DNA of 61,980 nucleotides from Flavobacteriales bacterium (GCA_049289815.1 JBATMK010000285.1:1-61980), one strand, 5' to 3'. Numbered from the stretch's first letter, positions 18,610-29,375 are shown. Program-made: numbers and translations. The notes: a model not told the origin generated them from the sequence alone.

Positions 18610-19764
18610 ATGAAAGCGATGAAGACGTCATCCATCCTTCTTTTCCAACTGCTCATCTTGAGCGCATGTGGCGGTGCCGGTGGTGGTCATCCCATTGAAG
18701 TAAGCATTGATGGCGGCGCTGGAAAGACCATCCGGCTGGACCGTACCGTGGGCGGCAAGGTGGTGTCCATGGACAGCGTTGTTCTGGATGCCAACGGCAA
18801 CGGCACGCTCAGTACCGCTCACTTCCCACTGGATTTCTACTACCTCAACTTCGACCGGAGCAACTACCTGATCCTGGCGCTGGACAGCACCGAGGGCGCG
18901 CAGGTGAGCGCCAAAGCCGACGCATTGGGCAAGGCCGATCGCGTTGAAGGGAACAAGCACGCTATGGCCCTGCATGCCTTCCTGGACAATGCCGTGCTCT
19001 ATCGTACCAAGCGCGACAGCATCAGGGATCTCGTCAACATAGGGGACGATCCCACGGCGATGGATGCGTTCAACAAAGTGAACGCCGAATACTTCGAACG
19101 CTGCAAACAGACGGTCATCGACAATCCGGGTTCACCTGTTCAGCTGGCAGCGATCGCGCAGATCGACCAGGCCAAGGAAGCGGATCTCGTGAAACAAGTG
19201 CGTGAGCAGCTCGGTAAGGTGATGGGCAACACCGATGCGTATGTAGACTTCAATTCGCGCTTCGCCCGTGAGGAACAAGCGCAGGCGCAACAACAGCAGA
19301 TGCTGGAGCAACAAAAACAGATGGAGGCGCTGCAGTCGAAAACCGTTCAAGGTGTAGCGGCCCCGGAGATCCTCCAGCCCACACCCGATGGTGGCACGCT
19401 CGCCTTGAGCAGTTTGCGCGGCAAGGTGGTACTCATCGATTTCTGGGCCAGCTGGTGCAAGCCCTGCCTTGCGGAGATCCCGAACGTGAAGGCCGCTTAC
19501 GCCAAATACAGGAACAAGGGTTTCGAGATCTACGGGGTCAGTTTCGACCGCAGCCGTGAAGCCTGGATCAACGCGATCAACCAGTACGATATGCCTTGGA
19601 AGCACGTGAGCGATCTGGGGTGGTGGAACAATGCGGCGGCGGCACCTTATGGCGTGCAGAGCATTCCGCAGACGGTGCTCATCGACAAGGAAGGCAAGAT
19701 CATAGCGAAGAACCTGCGCGGACCGGCGCTTGAACAGAAGCTGGCCGAAGTGTTCGGTAGCTGA
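18610..19764 (+). CDS. TlpA/ResA-like thiol:disulfide oxidoreductase lipoprotein (thioredoxin fold)
   Basis: 384 aa. Lipobox LSAC. C-terminal thioredoxin domain with FWASWCKPC. Gln-rich linker. Confidence 0.85.
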   Translation: MKAMKTSSILLFQLLILSACGGAGGGHPIEVSIDGGAGKTIRLDRTVGGKVVSMDSVVLDANGNGTLSTAHFPLDFYYLNFDRSNYLILALDSTEGAQVSAKADALGKADRVEGNKHAMALHAFLDNAVLYRTKRDSIRDLVNIGDDPTAMDAFNKVNAEYFERCKQTVIDNPGSPVQLAAIAQIDQAKEADLVKQVREQLGKVMGNTDAYVDFNSRFAREEQAQAQQQQMLEQQKQMEALQSKTVQGVAAPEILQPTPDGGTLALSSLRGKVVLIDFWASWCKPCLAEIPNVKAAYAKYRNKGFEIYGVSFDRSREAWINAINQYDMPWKHVSDLGWWNNAAAAPYGVQSIPQTVLIDKEGKIIAKNLRGPALEQKLAEVFGS

Positions 19765-22700
19765 TGCTTCATCCGCGCGGATCGATCCTGGGCGGGCTGG
19801 TCGTCGGCCCGCTTCTTCTTTGCGCGCAGGAGATCGCCCCGGCGTACTTCCAGCAGGAAGTGGCGTATTCCATCGATGTGCTGCTCGATGATGTCCACCA
19901 CGAGCTGAGGGCTTCGGAGAAGATCGTCTACACCAATCGCAGCACATCCGCGCTCGACACGTTGTGGTTCCATCTCTATCCGAACGCGTACAAACAACGG
20001 GGCACCGCACTTGCGAAGCAGCAAACACTACAGAACAACCTGGACCTGTGGTTCGCCAAGGACAAGGACCGCGGCTTCATCGACAGCCTCGACTTCCGTG
20101 TGGATGGCACGCCCATCAGCTGGGGCCTGGATGCAACGCACATCGATATCGCGTGGCTGAAGTTGCCCGCGGCATTGCTACCGAACGCGAGCATCACCAT
20201 CTCCACGCCGTTCCGGGTGAAGATCCCGGATGCGCGGTTCTCGCGCATGGGCCATAGCGGCCAGGCGTACTACGTCACTCAATGGTATCCCAAACCCGCG
20301 GTGTTCGACCGCGACGGCTGGCATGCCATGCCCTATCTCGAGCAAGGGGAATTCTTCAGCGACTTCGCTTCGTTCGATGTGCGCATCACCCTGCCGTTGA
20401 ACTATGTGGTGGGTGCGACGGGTGAACTCCAGAACGCGGATGAACGCCGTTGGATGGACGAACTCGCAGCGAAACAGGATCTCAAGGGAATGAAGGGCGG
20501 CTCGATGGCCTTTCCCCTGAGCGCGCCGAACACAAAGACGTTGCAATACGTGCAGGACAGTGTGCTCGATTTCGCGTGGTTCACCGACAAGCGTTTCCTG
20601 GTGGAAAAGAGCAGAACGACTCTCGCCAGGGGGCGTGTTGTGGACGCCTGGACGCTTTACACACCCAAGCATGCCGATGCCTGGCAAGGCTCCGCTGAAC
20701 TGGTGGGTTCGGCTTTGACCCACTACAGCAAGTGGGTGGGCGAATACCCGTTCAGCGCCTGCACCGCTGTGGACGGCACCATCAGCGCTGGTGGTGGAAT
20801 GGAATACCCCATGATCACGGTGATCGGCGACATGGATGACAAGATGGGATTGGACGAGATCCTCGCGCATGAGGTGGGCCACAACTGGTTCCAAGGGATC
20901 CTGGCCAGCGACGAACGCACACACCCGTGGATGGACGAGGGCATGAACAGCTTCATGGAGCTGCGTTACATGCGCGAGCGCTATCCGGACCGGATGTCCA
21001 CCATCGCACAAGGCGTACCCAAGGCGTTGTTCGGTGGGCGCGCGATGGGTCATCGCGACGTACCGGAACTTGCCTTTCAGCTCAACGCGCGCCGCAACCT
21101 CGACCAGTCGTGCACTTTGTCGAGCGAGGAATACACGGGCACCAACTACGGCACCAGCGTGTACATGAAGACGTCGTTGGTCTTCGACCATCTCTTCGCT
21201 TACCTCGGTGATACGCTCTTCGATTCATGTATGCACGAGTACTACCGGCTCTGGGCGTTCAAGCATCCGAAGCCGGAGGATGTGCGATCGGTGTTCGCGG
21301 GAATGAGTGGCCAGAACCTCGATTGGTGCTTCACAGACCTTCTGGGCAGTGATCTCAAGGCCGACGTGCGTGCGGGAAAATTGAGGTCAGATGACACCTT
21401 CGCCATCTACAACACGGCCATGGACTCATTGCCCGTGCCGGTGACGTTCTGGAACAACGAAGACTCGTTGGGTACGCGCTGGTTCTGGTCGTTGAAGGAA
21501 GGTGTTGCCTACGAAACCGGGAGGCCCAACGTCACCCGTCTGACGATCGATGAAGGTCACCGCACGCTCGACATCGACAGGCGCAACAATACCGTACGCA
21601 GCAGAGGCATCCTGCGCCGTTGGACACCTTGGCGCCTGAAATTCCTGGCTGGCATTGAAGACCCGAAGAAGCGCACCCTTTACTGGTCGCCGATCATCGC
21701 AGGCAGTGTGCACGATGGCTTCCAAGCTGGTCTGGCATTCTACAACACGGTATTCCCCAGCCAGCGCACTGAGTTCGTGATCGCGTCCTTGTATGGCTTC
21801 GGGAGTGAACGCACAGTGGGTGCGGCGCGCATCGAGCACCACTTAGACCGGCTGCGCAGCAGTTGGTTCCGCAACATTCATATGGGTGTTGGTGGACGTA
21901 CCGCCACCACGTACGACCACAACGACCGGCAGGAATGGTACGAGCGCGGTGCAGCGCACGTCACCTTCGACATCAAGCGGCCCTTGGTCAAGCCAACGCA
22001 GCACAGCATTTCGCTTCGCAGTTTGTACCTGCGCGACAATGCAACCTTCCCCTTGCTCGGCGGTGGCAGGGGTTCCACAAGCGCCGATCACTGGGTCGGT
22101 GAACTCAGCTACGATGGTGATCATCCCCATCCACTGGGTCCAGCCCATTGGACTGCTACTGTTACCACGGGCTTTGATTGGACACGTGTTTCGCTGGAAG
22201 CGCGCAAGGCCTTCGTTTACGACGAGCACCACCACAGCGCACGTTTCCGCGTGTTCGTTGGCACCTTCATCGGCCCTGCCGATCTCAACGGCCCGAACCA
22301 GGCTTGGGGCCTGAGCTGGGCCGCGGAAGACCCGTTCTACGACAACGCATACATCGGCAGAGGTGAAACCGTGGGTCTGTGGGCGCAGCAGTTCAGCAAG
22401 CAGCAGGGCGCCTTCAAGACGGGTTTCTGGCAGGGTGGTTCAACATCATATATCGGTGGTTTGAACGTGGAACTTGACTTGCCCGTCCGCATCCCCATTG
22501 CCCTTTTCGCCAGCGCCGGTGCCGTGCCGGTGACCTCGGTCGCGCAGGATGGCAAACGCACCGAAGCCCCCGAACTTTTGATGGAGTTCGGCGTGGGGTT
22601 GCCCATCGTGAAGGACGTTTTCGAGGTCTGGATGCCGCTCGGCTTCAGCAAGAACATCTTGGATGAACTCAACTTCCGCAACGTGCAGGCCGGTGACCGG

Positions 22701-22766
22701 ATCCGCTTCGTGCTTGCTTTGGAGAAACTCGACCCCACACGGGTGGTGCGCAACCTGAAACCCTGA
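19764..22766 (+). CDS. M1-family zinc metallopeptidase with a long C-terminal extension
   Basis: 1000 aa. Signal peptide. HEVGHNWF...WMDEGMNSF (HExxH-x18-E). The C-terminal part of about 440 aa has no motif I recognise and no T9SS tail. Confidence 0.85.
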   Translation: MLHPRGSILGGLVVGPLLLCAQEIAPAYFQQEVAYSIDVLLDDVHHELRASEKIVYTNRSTSALDTLWFHLYPNAYKQRGTALAKQQTLQNNLDLWFAKDKDRGFIDSLDFRVDGTPISWGLDATHIDIAWLKLPAALLPNASITISTPFRVKIPDARFSRMGHSGQAYYVTQWYPKPAVFDRDGWHAMPYLEQGEFFSDFASFDVRITLPLNYVVGATGELQNADERRWMDELAAKQDLKGMKGGSMAFPLSAPNTKTLQYVQDSVLDFAWFTDKRFLVEKSRTTLARGRVVDAWTLYTPKHADAWQGSAELVGSALTHYSKWVGEYPFSACTAVDGTISAGGGMEYPMITVIGDMDDKMGLDEILAHEVGHNWFQGILASDERTHPWMDEGMNSFMELRYMRERYPDRMSTIAQGVPKALFGGRAMGHRDVPELAFQLNARRNLDQSCTLSSEEYTGTNYGTSVYMKTSLVFDHLFAYLGDTLFDSCMHEYYRLWAFKHPKPEDVRSVFAGMSGQNLDWCFTDLLGSDLKADVRAGKLRSDDTFAIYNTAMDSLPVPVTFWNNEDSLGTRWFWSLKEGVAYETGRPNVTRLTIDEGHRTLDIDRRNNTVRSRGILRRWTPWRLKFLAGIEDPKKRTLYWSPIIAGSVHDGFQAGLAFYNTVFPSQRTEFVIASLYGFGSERTVGAARIEHHLDRLRSSWFRNIHMGVGGRTATTYDHNDRQEWYERGAAHVTFDIKRPLVKPTQHSISLRSLYLRDNATFPLLGGGRGSTSADHWVGELSYDGDHPHPLGPAHWTATVTTGFDWTRVSLEARKAFVYDEHHHSARFRVFVGTFIGPADLNGPNQAWGLSWAAEDPFYDNAYIGRGETVGLWAQQFSKQQGAFKTGFWQGGSTSYIGGLNVELDLPVRIPIALFASAGAVPVTSVAQDGKRTEAPELLMEFGVGLPIVKDVFEVWMPLGFSKNILDELNFRNVQAGDRIRFVLALEKLDPTRVVRNLKP

Positions 22767-23569
22767 TGCAAGCCGGCCAACGCATCGTCTTCCTTTCCGA
22801 CTTCCACCTCGGCGTGCCGAACAAGGAGGACAGCCTGTTGCGCGAGCGGCGTATCGTGATGTTCCTGGAAGTGGCCGCCAAGGATGCCGCCGAGATCCAC
22901 ATTCTCGGCGATGTCTTCGACATGTGGTTCGAGTGGCGGAAGGCCGTGCCGCGCGGTTACGTGCGCCTGCTGGGCAAACTCGCCGAGCTGCATGATCGGG
23001 GCATCCCGTTACACCTGTATATCGGCAATCACGACATGTGGACGTTCGGGTACTTGACCGAAGAGGTCGGGATGATCGTGCATCGCGAACCCGTGGAGCG
23101 GGAATGGGCCGGCAAGAGGTTCCTCATCGGCCATGGCGATGGCCTCGGCCCCGGCGATCATGGTTACAAGTTCATCAAGAGCGTTTTCCGCAGCGGGCTG
23201 TGCCAGTGGCTGTTCGCACGATTGCATCCCAACTTCGCGCTGGGCCTGGCAGAGTTCTGGAGCGGGCGCAGCCGAAAGAAGAGCTACGACAACGATCGCA
23301 AGTTCCTTGGTGAAGCCAACGAGTGGCTGGCGATCCACTGCCGTGAAGTGCTGAAGAAGCAGCACTACGACTACTTCGTCTTCGGCCACCGGCATCTGCC
23401 CATGGACCTGCAGGTAGGCGAACACAGCCGCTACATCAACCTCGGCGATTGGATCACGCGCTTCACTTACGCCGTCTTCGATGGCAACGACATGAAGCTG
23501 ATGCAGCGCGTTGGTGATGGACCATTGAGCGCTGATGTGCCGGCAGCACGGGTGCCTTCAGGCGCGTAA
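22766..23569 (+). CDS. lpxH: UDP-2,3-diacylglucosamine diphosphatase
   Basis: 267 aa. Calcineurin-like motifs: FLSDFHLG, GDVFDMW, GNHDMW, GHGD, GHRH. Confidence 0.85.
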   Translation: MQAGQRIVFLSDFHLGVPNKEDSLLRERRIVMFLEVAAKDAAEIHILGDVFDMWFEWRKAVPRGYVRLLGKLAELHDRGIPLHLYIGNHDMWTFGYLTEEVGMIVHREPVEREWAGKRFLIGHGDGLGPGDHGYKFIKSVFRSGLCQWLFARLHPNFALGLAEFWSGRSRKKSYDNDRKFLGEANEWLAIHCREVLKKQHYDYFVFGHRHLPMDLQVGEHSRYINLGDWITRFTYAVFDGNDMKLMQRVGDGPLSADVPAARVPSGA

Positions 23570-24562
23570 CGACTGCATCAGCTCCACCAGGTCAACCAAG
23601 CGGTTGCTGTAACCCCATTCATTGTCGTACCAGCCCACCACTTTCACGTGGCCACCGACCACACTGGTAAGGCCCGCATCGAAAATGCAGCTGTGCGGAT
23701 CACCCACGATGTCGATGCTGACAATGGGATCTTCCGTGTAGCGCAGGATGTTCTTCCAACGGCCTTCGGCCAATGCCTTGAAGTGCGCATTGATGGCTTC
23801 CACCGTAACCGGGGTGCGCACCAGACAGGTGATGTCCGTTAGGGATCCATCGGGCACCGGCACGCGGATACCACAACCGCCCATCTTCCCCTCGAGGTGG
23901 GGAAACACGCGCGTGATCGCCTTGGCGGCACCCGTGGTGGTGGGCACGATGCTGACGGCCGCAGCCCGCGCCCGTCGCAGGTCCTCGTGCGGTGCGTCGT
24001 GCAGGCGTTGATCGCCAGTGTAGCTGTGGATCGTGGTTACGTATCCGCTCTCGATACCGCACAGCTCGTCGAGCGCCATGATCATGGGCGCGGCGTTGTT
24101 GGTGGTGCAGCTGGCATTGCTCACGATGCGGTCCGAAGCGTTGAGCACATGTTCGTTCACACCAAGCACCACGGTCTTGGTGTCATCGCTCGCAGGGGAT
24201 GACAGCACCACCTTGCCTGCACCGGCATCCAAATGTGCCTGCGCCTTGGCCGCTGTGCGGAAATGACCGGTACACTCGAGTACGACGTCAATACCGAGTG
24301 ACTTCCACGGCAGCTTCGAGGGATCTTTTTCCGCGTAGGCCTTGATGCTCTGACCAGCAAGTGTCAAGTGCCCGGTATCGTGTGACACATCGCCTTTGAA
24401 CACCCCATGAATGCTGTCGTACTTGAACAGGTGCGCCAGCGTATGAGTATCCGTGATATCGTTGATGGCCACCAGTTCAAGATCCTTGCGCCCAAGGATC
24501 ACGCGGGTGGTCATGCGGCCGATGCGGCCGAAGCCGTTGATCGCTATGCGGGTTTTTGACAT
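23558..24562 (-). CDS. gap: Type I glyceraldehyde-3-phosphate dehydrogenase
   Basis: 334 aa. INGFGRIGR, SNASCTTN, WYDNEWGYS. Confidence 0.94.
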   Translation of the reverse strand: MSKTRIAINGFGRIGRMTTRVILGRKDLELVAINDITDTHTLAHLFKYDSIHGVFKGDVSHDTGHLTLAGQSIKAYAEKDPSKLPWKSLGIDVVLECTGHFRTAAKAQAHLDAGAGKVVLSSPASDDTKTVVLGVNEHVLNASDRIVSNASCTTNNAAPMIMALDELCGIESGYVTTIHSYTGDQRLHDAPHEDLRRARAAAVSIVPTTTGAAKAITRVFPHLEGKMGGCGIRVPVPDGSLTDITCLVRTPVTVEAINAHFKALAEGRWKNILRYTEDPIVSIDIVGDPHSCIFDAGLTSVVGGHVKVVGWYDNEWGYSNRLVDLVELMQSLRA

Positions 24563-24608
24563 GTGTTCCGTCCCGATCCATCGGGGGTTGCAAATGGATG
24601 GAAAAGAA

Positions 24609-24636
24609 GAAGCCCCCCGACATGTCGGGAGGCTTC
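24609..24636. terminator. Terminator hairpin between the 24657..27581 gene and gap
   Basis: gaagccccccgaCATGtcgggaggcttc (11 bp, one mismatch). A T-rich run follows on the minus strand (TTCTTTTC), fitting termination of the upstream minus-strand gene. Confidence 0.55.
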
Positions 24637-24656
24637 TTTCGTGATCATCGGGGATC

Positions 24657-27581
24657 TCAACGGCTCACCACGAAGCGGCCCGTGCGGGGTTTGCCGTCCA
24701 CGCGCAGATCCACCAAGTAAGTGCCACTGTTCAGATCGCTCACGTTGAAGCCGAGGCGTTGCCGGCCAATGCCCATGCGTTGCTGTTCGATGGTGCGCAC
24801 GACCCGGCCTTTCATATCGTACACCATCGCCAAGACATTGCTGTTGGCACTCAGGTTGAAGCCGATGGTCGCCATGTCGCTGGCCGGGTTCGGGAAGATG
24901 AGCAGGTCGTTGCCCACTGCGTTACCGCCGTTCTCAGCGCTCGGGGGAACAATGCCCACCAAGGTCTCGCTGCGCCAGAAGCCACGGCCGTGCGTACCGA
25001 GGTAGATGACCCCGGGGTTCGTCACGAAATCGGGACCGTGCGGGTTGTTCTGCCAGTTCCAGTTCTGCTGCCTCACCTGGTGTGTTGGCACCATCTCCAT
25101 TCCGCTGTTCTCGAATGCCCAAGTCTCGCCTTGGTCCTCACTCGCCATTACACCGAAATCGGTTCCCACGATGAACAGGTCCGGATTGCTCGAGTGGATG
25201 ATCCCGTCGTACACGGGCATGCCGTTCAGGTCCACGCCAAGGTTGTCCCACTTGTTGACGAAGGTCGGGGTCGGTTGAAGGGCATTGTCGCAATACAGCA
25301 CTTTGCCATTGCCCCCGTATCCTCCCTTGGTGATGAGCATGTGGTTATTGTTGTTCGGATCAACGGAGAGCCCCGTGATCGGGGATGCTCCCGAGTGGAT
25401 CAGTTGGGGCGCGGTCAGCACCCTCGTGAGGCTCGTAACGTCGGCCGCCGCACTGTCATACGCTGCATCGAAGCCCATCACACGGTACACCGAACCCTCA
25501 GCAGTGCCCCAGAACAACGCGTCGCCATTGGGGCTCCATTCCAGCACGTTCACACTACCTCCAGCGCTGCTGGCCACCTTCCACCAGTCGGCACCTATGG
25601 AGAAGTTGCACGCATCGCGCGTTACCCATACACCTTGTGTTCCTACAAGGCCGAACGCCAGCAAAGTCTCCACGCGATCGGGAAGGGTGATGGAGTAGTG
25701 AACGGTATCACCGACGTCATACACCGTGCTCGTCGTTGTCCCGGGTGGGAATCCGCTCAGGGACCAAGTGGATGCGGGCAATGGGACAGCAGGCATCTTC
25801 CGGCTGAAATGCGGATATGGGTCACCGATGGTATCCCCAACGGTGAAGGGGTTGCCTTGCACGATCCATTGATTGGCGTACAAGCCCGAATCCGGGCTGT
25901 TCAGATCGTTCGCGTCCTCGAACAGCCGGATATTCGTGGAGAAATCCCCCAGAGGATCACCCGCAGCGTTCAGGCGTGTGCTGTAGAAACCACCGAACAC
26001 GCCGCCCTCGTTATTGCTCCGTTCCAGTTCGCCTTCCTGCTTCGTGGTGAACATGATGTTCGGATCAAGATTGCTGATCTCGCAATCAAAGCCGTCGTTG
26101 CCGTTCACCTCGTCCGCGCGCTGCTCATCCCCCGGATAGAGGGGCAGATACTGTGAACCATTGTCTTGTGCGCCACCGAGCACATTGCCTTTGGGGCTCA
26201 TGGACACTGAGTAGAACTGGGTCGTGTTGTAATTGTGGTTGCAGGGGGTGAACAACATGCTACCCGACGGCCCGACCGATTTGAACACGCCACCATCACA
26301 ACCCACGTACATCGTAAGGCCATCCGGCGACCATGTGAGCTCGTGGATATCAGCATGGACGTACTGGAAGAACGCCTGATCGCTGGCGCTGGCCACCTGT
26401 TCCGGCGGGCTGTTGAGCCCGCGCTTCCATAGCGTAACACCTCCAAGGAAGAATTCCTCCTTGTTCGTCGGGTTCACCGAGATCGTGATGTCGTACCAGC
26501 CTTGGGAGTTATCCCCGAAAATGTCCAAAGACGGCACATCGTTCCCCGATGGCCAGATCTCGCTCCAGTTGGCACCGCCATTGGTGCTGGCCCATCCACC
26601 CTTCATGGCACCGCTGAAGGAAGCAAGTGCATACATGTAGTTGTGATCCTGTGGGCTGATGGCGAATTCCATGCGCCCGATACTGGTGTTCGGCAGTCCG
26701 TTGAGCGAGAAGGTCATCTGTTCGAAGGAATTCCCGCCATCAACGCTTCTCCAGTTCTGGCTGCCCGCGCGCAGCAGGATCGAGGTGTTACCGCCATCGT
26801 CCTTCTCAATTTCCAACGCAGTGCACGGCGATGCCACAATACCCGGTACAGGGGAGAAGGTGTTCGCCGCTTCATCGTAGGTCTTGATGCCGCCGTTGTT
26901 CGCTACCCAAAGCTTGTTGGCGTCGTTGGGATCGGCCACCACCTTGTTCACGAAGGCCCAATCATCGCCCGCGTTCCATGGAGCGCTCGGCCCGATCACC
27001 AGGGAGAACGACGAACCACCATCCGTGGACTTGAACAGTCCATGGCCGATGAACCCGCTGCCGCCTGCGCTGAATCCACCGATATTACTTTCAACGATGT
27101 TCCCCGTGCCAACGTAAATGGTGCCGTTGTCCGTAATGGCGATGGTGCTGATCACCAAGCTTTCGCTCAAACCGGGAACCCGTGACCAAGTATTGGCGTC
27201 GTCCTCGCTCTTCCACAAGCCGCCACTGACGCCGCCAGCCCATATGGTGTTGGGTGCGCTGGGATGGACACAGACGGCCCGTGTGCGTCCGCCGACATTG
27301 TTCGGGCCCATCTCGATCCACTGCAAGCCAACAGCCTTGCCCTGGTTGGCTTGGTACGCACGAGCAGCAGCGCTTGCGCGCAGGTAGTCGCCCGGTTCCA
27401 CTTGGCCGGTGAAAATGTTGCGGCGCAACATGTTCAAGTATTCCACCATGCCACGGGCGTCCTGGGCCATGCCCGTGGATGTTCGGGGAACATATGATGG
27501 TGTACGTTCCGCATGCCATACCGTACCTGCGGCGGTAACGGCGGTGAGCAAGGCAAGCGAAATGGGGAGCAGTCGTTTCAT
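24657..27581 (-). CDS. BNR/Asp-box (sortilin/VPS10- or GH74-like) beta-propeller protein with type-A T9SS CTD
   Basis: 974 aa. Signal peptide. Repeated S-x-D-x-G-x-[TS]-W type boxes (SEDDANTW, STDGGSSF, SVDGGNSF, STNGGANW, SEDQGETW). C-terminal LLIFPNPASDMATIGF...GTYLVDLRVDGK tail. Confidence 0.8.
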   Translation of the reverse strand: MKRLLPISLALLTAVTAAGTVWHAERTPSYVPRTSTGMAQDARGMVEYLNMLRRNIFTGQVEPGDYLRASAAARAYQANQGKAVGLQWIEMGPNNVGGRTRAVCVHPSAPNTIWAGGVSGGLWKSEDDANTWSRVPGLSESLVISTIAITDNGTIYVGTGNIVESNIGGFSAGGSGFIGHGLFKSTDGGSSFSLVIGPSAPWNAGDDWAFVNKVVADPNDANKLWVANNGGIKTYDEAANTFSPVPGIVASPCTALEIEKDDGGNTSILLRAGSQNWRSVDGGNSFEQMTFSLNGLPNTSIGRMEFAISPQDHNYMYALASFSGAMKGGWASTNGGANWSEIWPSGNDVPSLDIFGDNSQGWYDITISVNPTNKEEFFLGGVTLWKRGLNSPPEQVASASDQAFFQYVHADIHELTWSPDGLTMYVGCDGGVFKSVGPSGSMLFTPCNHNYNTTQFYSVSMSPKGNVLGGAQDNGSQYLPLYPGDEQRADEVNGNDGFDCEISNLDPNIMFTTKQEGELERSNNEGGVFGGFYSTRLNAAGDPLGDFSTNIRLFEDANDLNSPDSGLYANQWIVQGNPFTVGDTIGDPYPHFSRKMPAVPLPASTWSLSGFPPGTTTSTVYDVGDTVHYSITLPDRVETLLAFGLVGTQGVWVTRDACNFSIGADWWKVASSAGGSVNVLEWSPNGDALFWGTAEGSVYRVMGFDAAYDSAAADVTSLTRVLTAPQLIHSGASPITGLSVDPNNNNHMLITKGGYGGNGKVLYCDNALQPTPTFVNKWDNLGVDLNGMPVYDGIIHSSNPDLFIVGTDFGVMASEDQGETWAFENSGMEMVPTHQVRQQNWNWQNNPHGPDFVTNPGVIYLGTHGRGFWRSETLVGIVPPSAENGGNAVGNDLLIFPNPASDMATIGFNLSANSNVLAMVYDMKGRVVRTIEQQRMGIGRQRLGFNVSDLNSGTYLVDLRVDGKPRTGRFVVSR
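24660..24905 (-). other. Type-A T9SS CTD of the BNR-repeat protein
   Basis: LLIFPNPASDMATIGFNLSANSNVLAMVYDMKGRVV...SGTYLVDLRVDGKPRTGRFVVSR. Confidence 0.75.
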
Positions 27582-27738
27582 GAGCGGTAGTGCTGTTCGT
27601 TCGTCAAGGTCGAAAAGTACGGGCTATCAAGGGTTGTTCGTCCCGCAACATTGTCCTTTCCGGTCGTTGCTCTTTACACTTCAAAGCACGATACGGTCCG
27701 AACACCAGGCACGGGATTTCGCAATATAAGAGTGCACC

Positions 27739-28608
27739 TTATTGCACATGCTTCTCGGCGTGGTAGCTGCTCCGCACCAAAGGTCCGCTTTCCACAAAAC
27801 GGAAACCCATTGACCTGCCCAACGCTTCGTACCTCTTGAAGCGGTCGGGTGGTACGAACTCCTGCACGGGCAAATGGGCCTTGGTCGGTTGCAGGTATTG
27901 CCCCAAGGTGACCACGTCCACACCAACGCTCTTCAGATCCTCCATGGCTTCCACCACTTCGGCGTCCGTTTCGCCCAAGCCCAGCATGATGCCGCTCTTG
28001 GTGCGAAGACCGGCACGATTGCTCCGCATCAGCACTTCCAAGCTGCGATCGTACTTGGCCTGCACACGCACTTTGCGGGTGAGGCGACGCACCGTTTCAA
28101 TGTTGTGGCTCAACACATCGGGCTTCTCGTTGAGCACGATCGCGAGGTCCTCCCACTTTCCACGGAAGTCGGGGATGAGCGTTTCGAACTTGGTCCCAGG
28201 GCAACGCCGGCGGATGGCACGGATCGTCCGCGCCCAGATGTCCGCACCGCCGTCGGCGAGGTCATCGCGGTCCACACTGGTGATCACGCAATGCTTCACA
28301 CCCATCAATTCCACGCTCCGGGCAACACGGGCGGGTTCGAAAGGATCCACCGCCTCAGGCCTGCCCGTGGCCACCGAGCAAAAGCCACAGGACCGTGTGC
28401 ACGTGTTGCCAAGGATCATGAAAGTGGCAGTACCCGCACCCCAGCACTCGCCCATGTTCGGGCAATTGCCGCTCTGGCAGATGGTGTGCAGCTTATGCTC
28501 GCTGACGATCTCCCTGACCTTCCTGTAGTTCTCGCCCGTGGGCAGTTTCACACGCAGCCAGTCGGGCTTGCGTTGCCGGGGCTCAACCACCGCGGTCTCC
28601 TCGCTCAT
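27739..28608 (-). CDS. lipA: Lipoyl synthase
   Basis: 289 aa. Radical-SAM CTRSCGFC plus an N-terminal [12 protein letters not shown] cluster. Confidence 0.94.
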   Translation of the reverse strand: MSEETAVVEPRQRKPDWLRVKLPTGENYRKVREIVSEHKLHTICQSGNCPNMGECWGAGTATFMILGNTCTRSCGFCSVATGRPEAVDPFEPARVARSVELMGVKHCVITSVDRDDLADGGADIWARTIRAIRRRCPGTKFETLIPDFRGKWEDLAIVLNEKPDVLSHNIETVRRLTRKVRVQAKYDRSLEVLMRSNRAGLRTKSGIMLGLGETDAEVVEAMEDLKSVGVDVVTLGQYLQPTKAHLPVQEFVPPDRFKRYEALGRSMGFRFVESGPLVRSSYHAEKHVQ

Positions 28609-29375
28609 CGAACCGTTTTCTTGCCGAACTGCAGCGAAGCGAAGAGCGTGATGAAGAACTGCTTGTTCTTCAGGTCGCCGCGCTCAGCCATCAATGGGAT
28701 GGTCTGCGCATACACATCCAAGGCCGCACCGCATTCAATGGCCTTGATCGTTACGGAGGGGCCGGCGTACTCGAAGTTGAGGCCCATCTTCCCGAAACCG
28801 CCAGGGTAGAACGAACTCTCGTCAAGCCCACGGAACCAACTGGCGCGCCCATAGATCATGCCGACATCGTGCGCTTCGTTCTCCGGATCGTACCGCTCAA
28901 CTACGATGCTCTCGTATGGGACCTGCGTGGTGCCGATCTGCAAGTACACCGGTTTCACCAAAGCGATGCTCGGCCCCAACGCCCAGTACCAATTCACCTC
29001 AACCCCGCTGCGGCGCACCTTGTCGCTGATCTGGTACTTGCGTCCGTACGTGGGCCGGAAGGCCACCATGTAGTTGATCTTCCCGTAAAAGTACCCCCGT
29101 GCATCGGCGTAGTATGGGTTGAAGCTCTTGACCTCTTTCGGGTGCTTCATGCTCACGATCTCGATCCCCAGCAGGCGGCGGGTTTTGGCCGTGCGGTATT
29201 TGCCGTGCGTGAAGTTCAGGCCCCAACCATCGCTGTGGATCACGACGCCTCCGGTGATCTCCTTGCTGTATAATGTCCGCTCATCATCGAAACTGGTTTC
29301 CTGGGCGCTAGCGATGGAAGCCATCAGCAGCAAGGACACGACAATGAATGACCGGTGAAGGGGGCGGCGGATCAT
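28605..29375 (-). CDS. Hypothetical secreted/outer-membrane protein, coupled to lipA
   Basis: Track ORF 28605..29483 trimmed to ATG 29375 ([25 protein letters not shown]). Beta-rich, C-terminal ...FASLQFGKK. 4-nt overlap with the lipA start. Confidence 0.65.
   Translation of the reverse strand: MIRRPLHRSFIVVSLLLMASIASAQETSFDDERTLYSKEITGGVVIHSDGWGLNFTHGKYRTAKTRRLLGIEIVSMKHPKEVKSFNPYYADARGYFYGKINYMVAFRPTYGRKYQISDKVRRSGVEVNWYWALGPSIALVKPVYLQIGTTQVPYESIVVERYDPENEAHDVGMIYGRASWFRGLDESSFYPGGFGKMGLNFEYAGPSVTIKAIECGAALDVYAQTIPLMAERGDLKNKQFFITLFASLQFGKKTVR

Noticed and set aside
23558-23569. 12-nt overlap of the convergent 3' ends of lpxH and gap
   Set aside because: Short convergent overlaps are common in compact genomes. 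There is no hairpin or other signal of special regulation.
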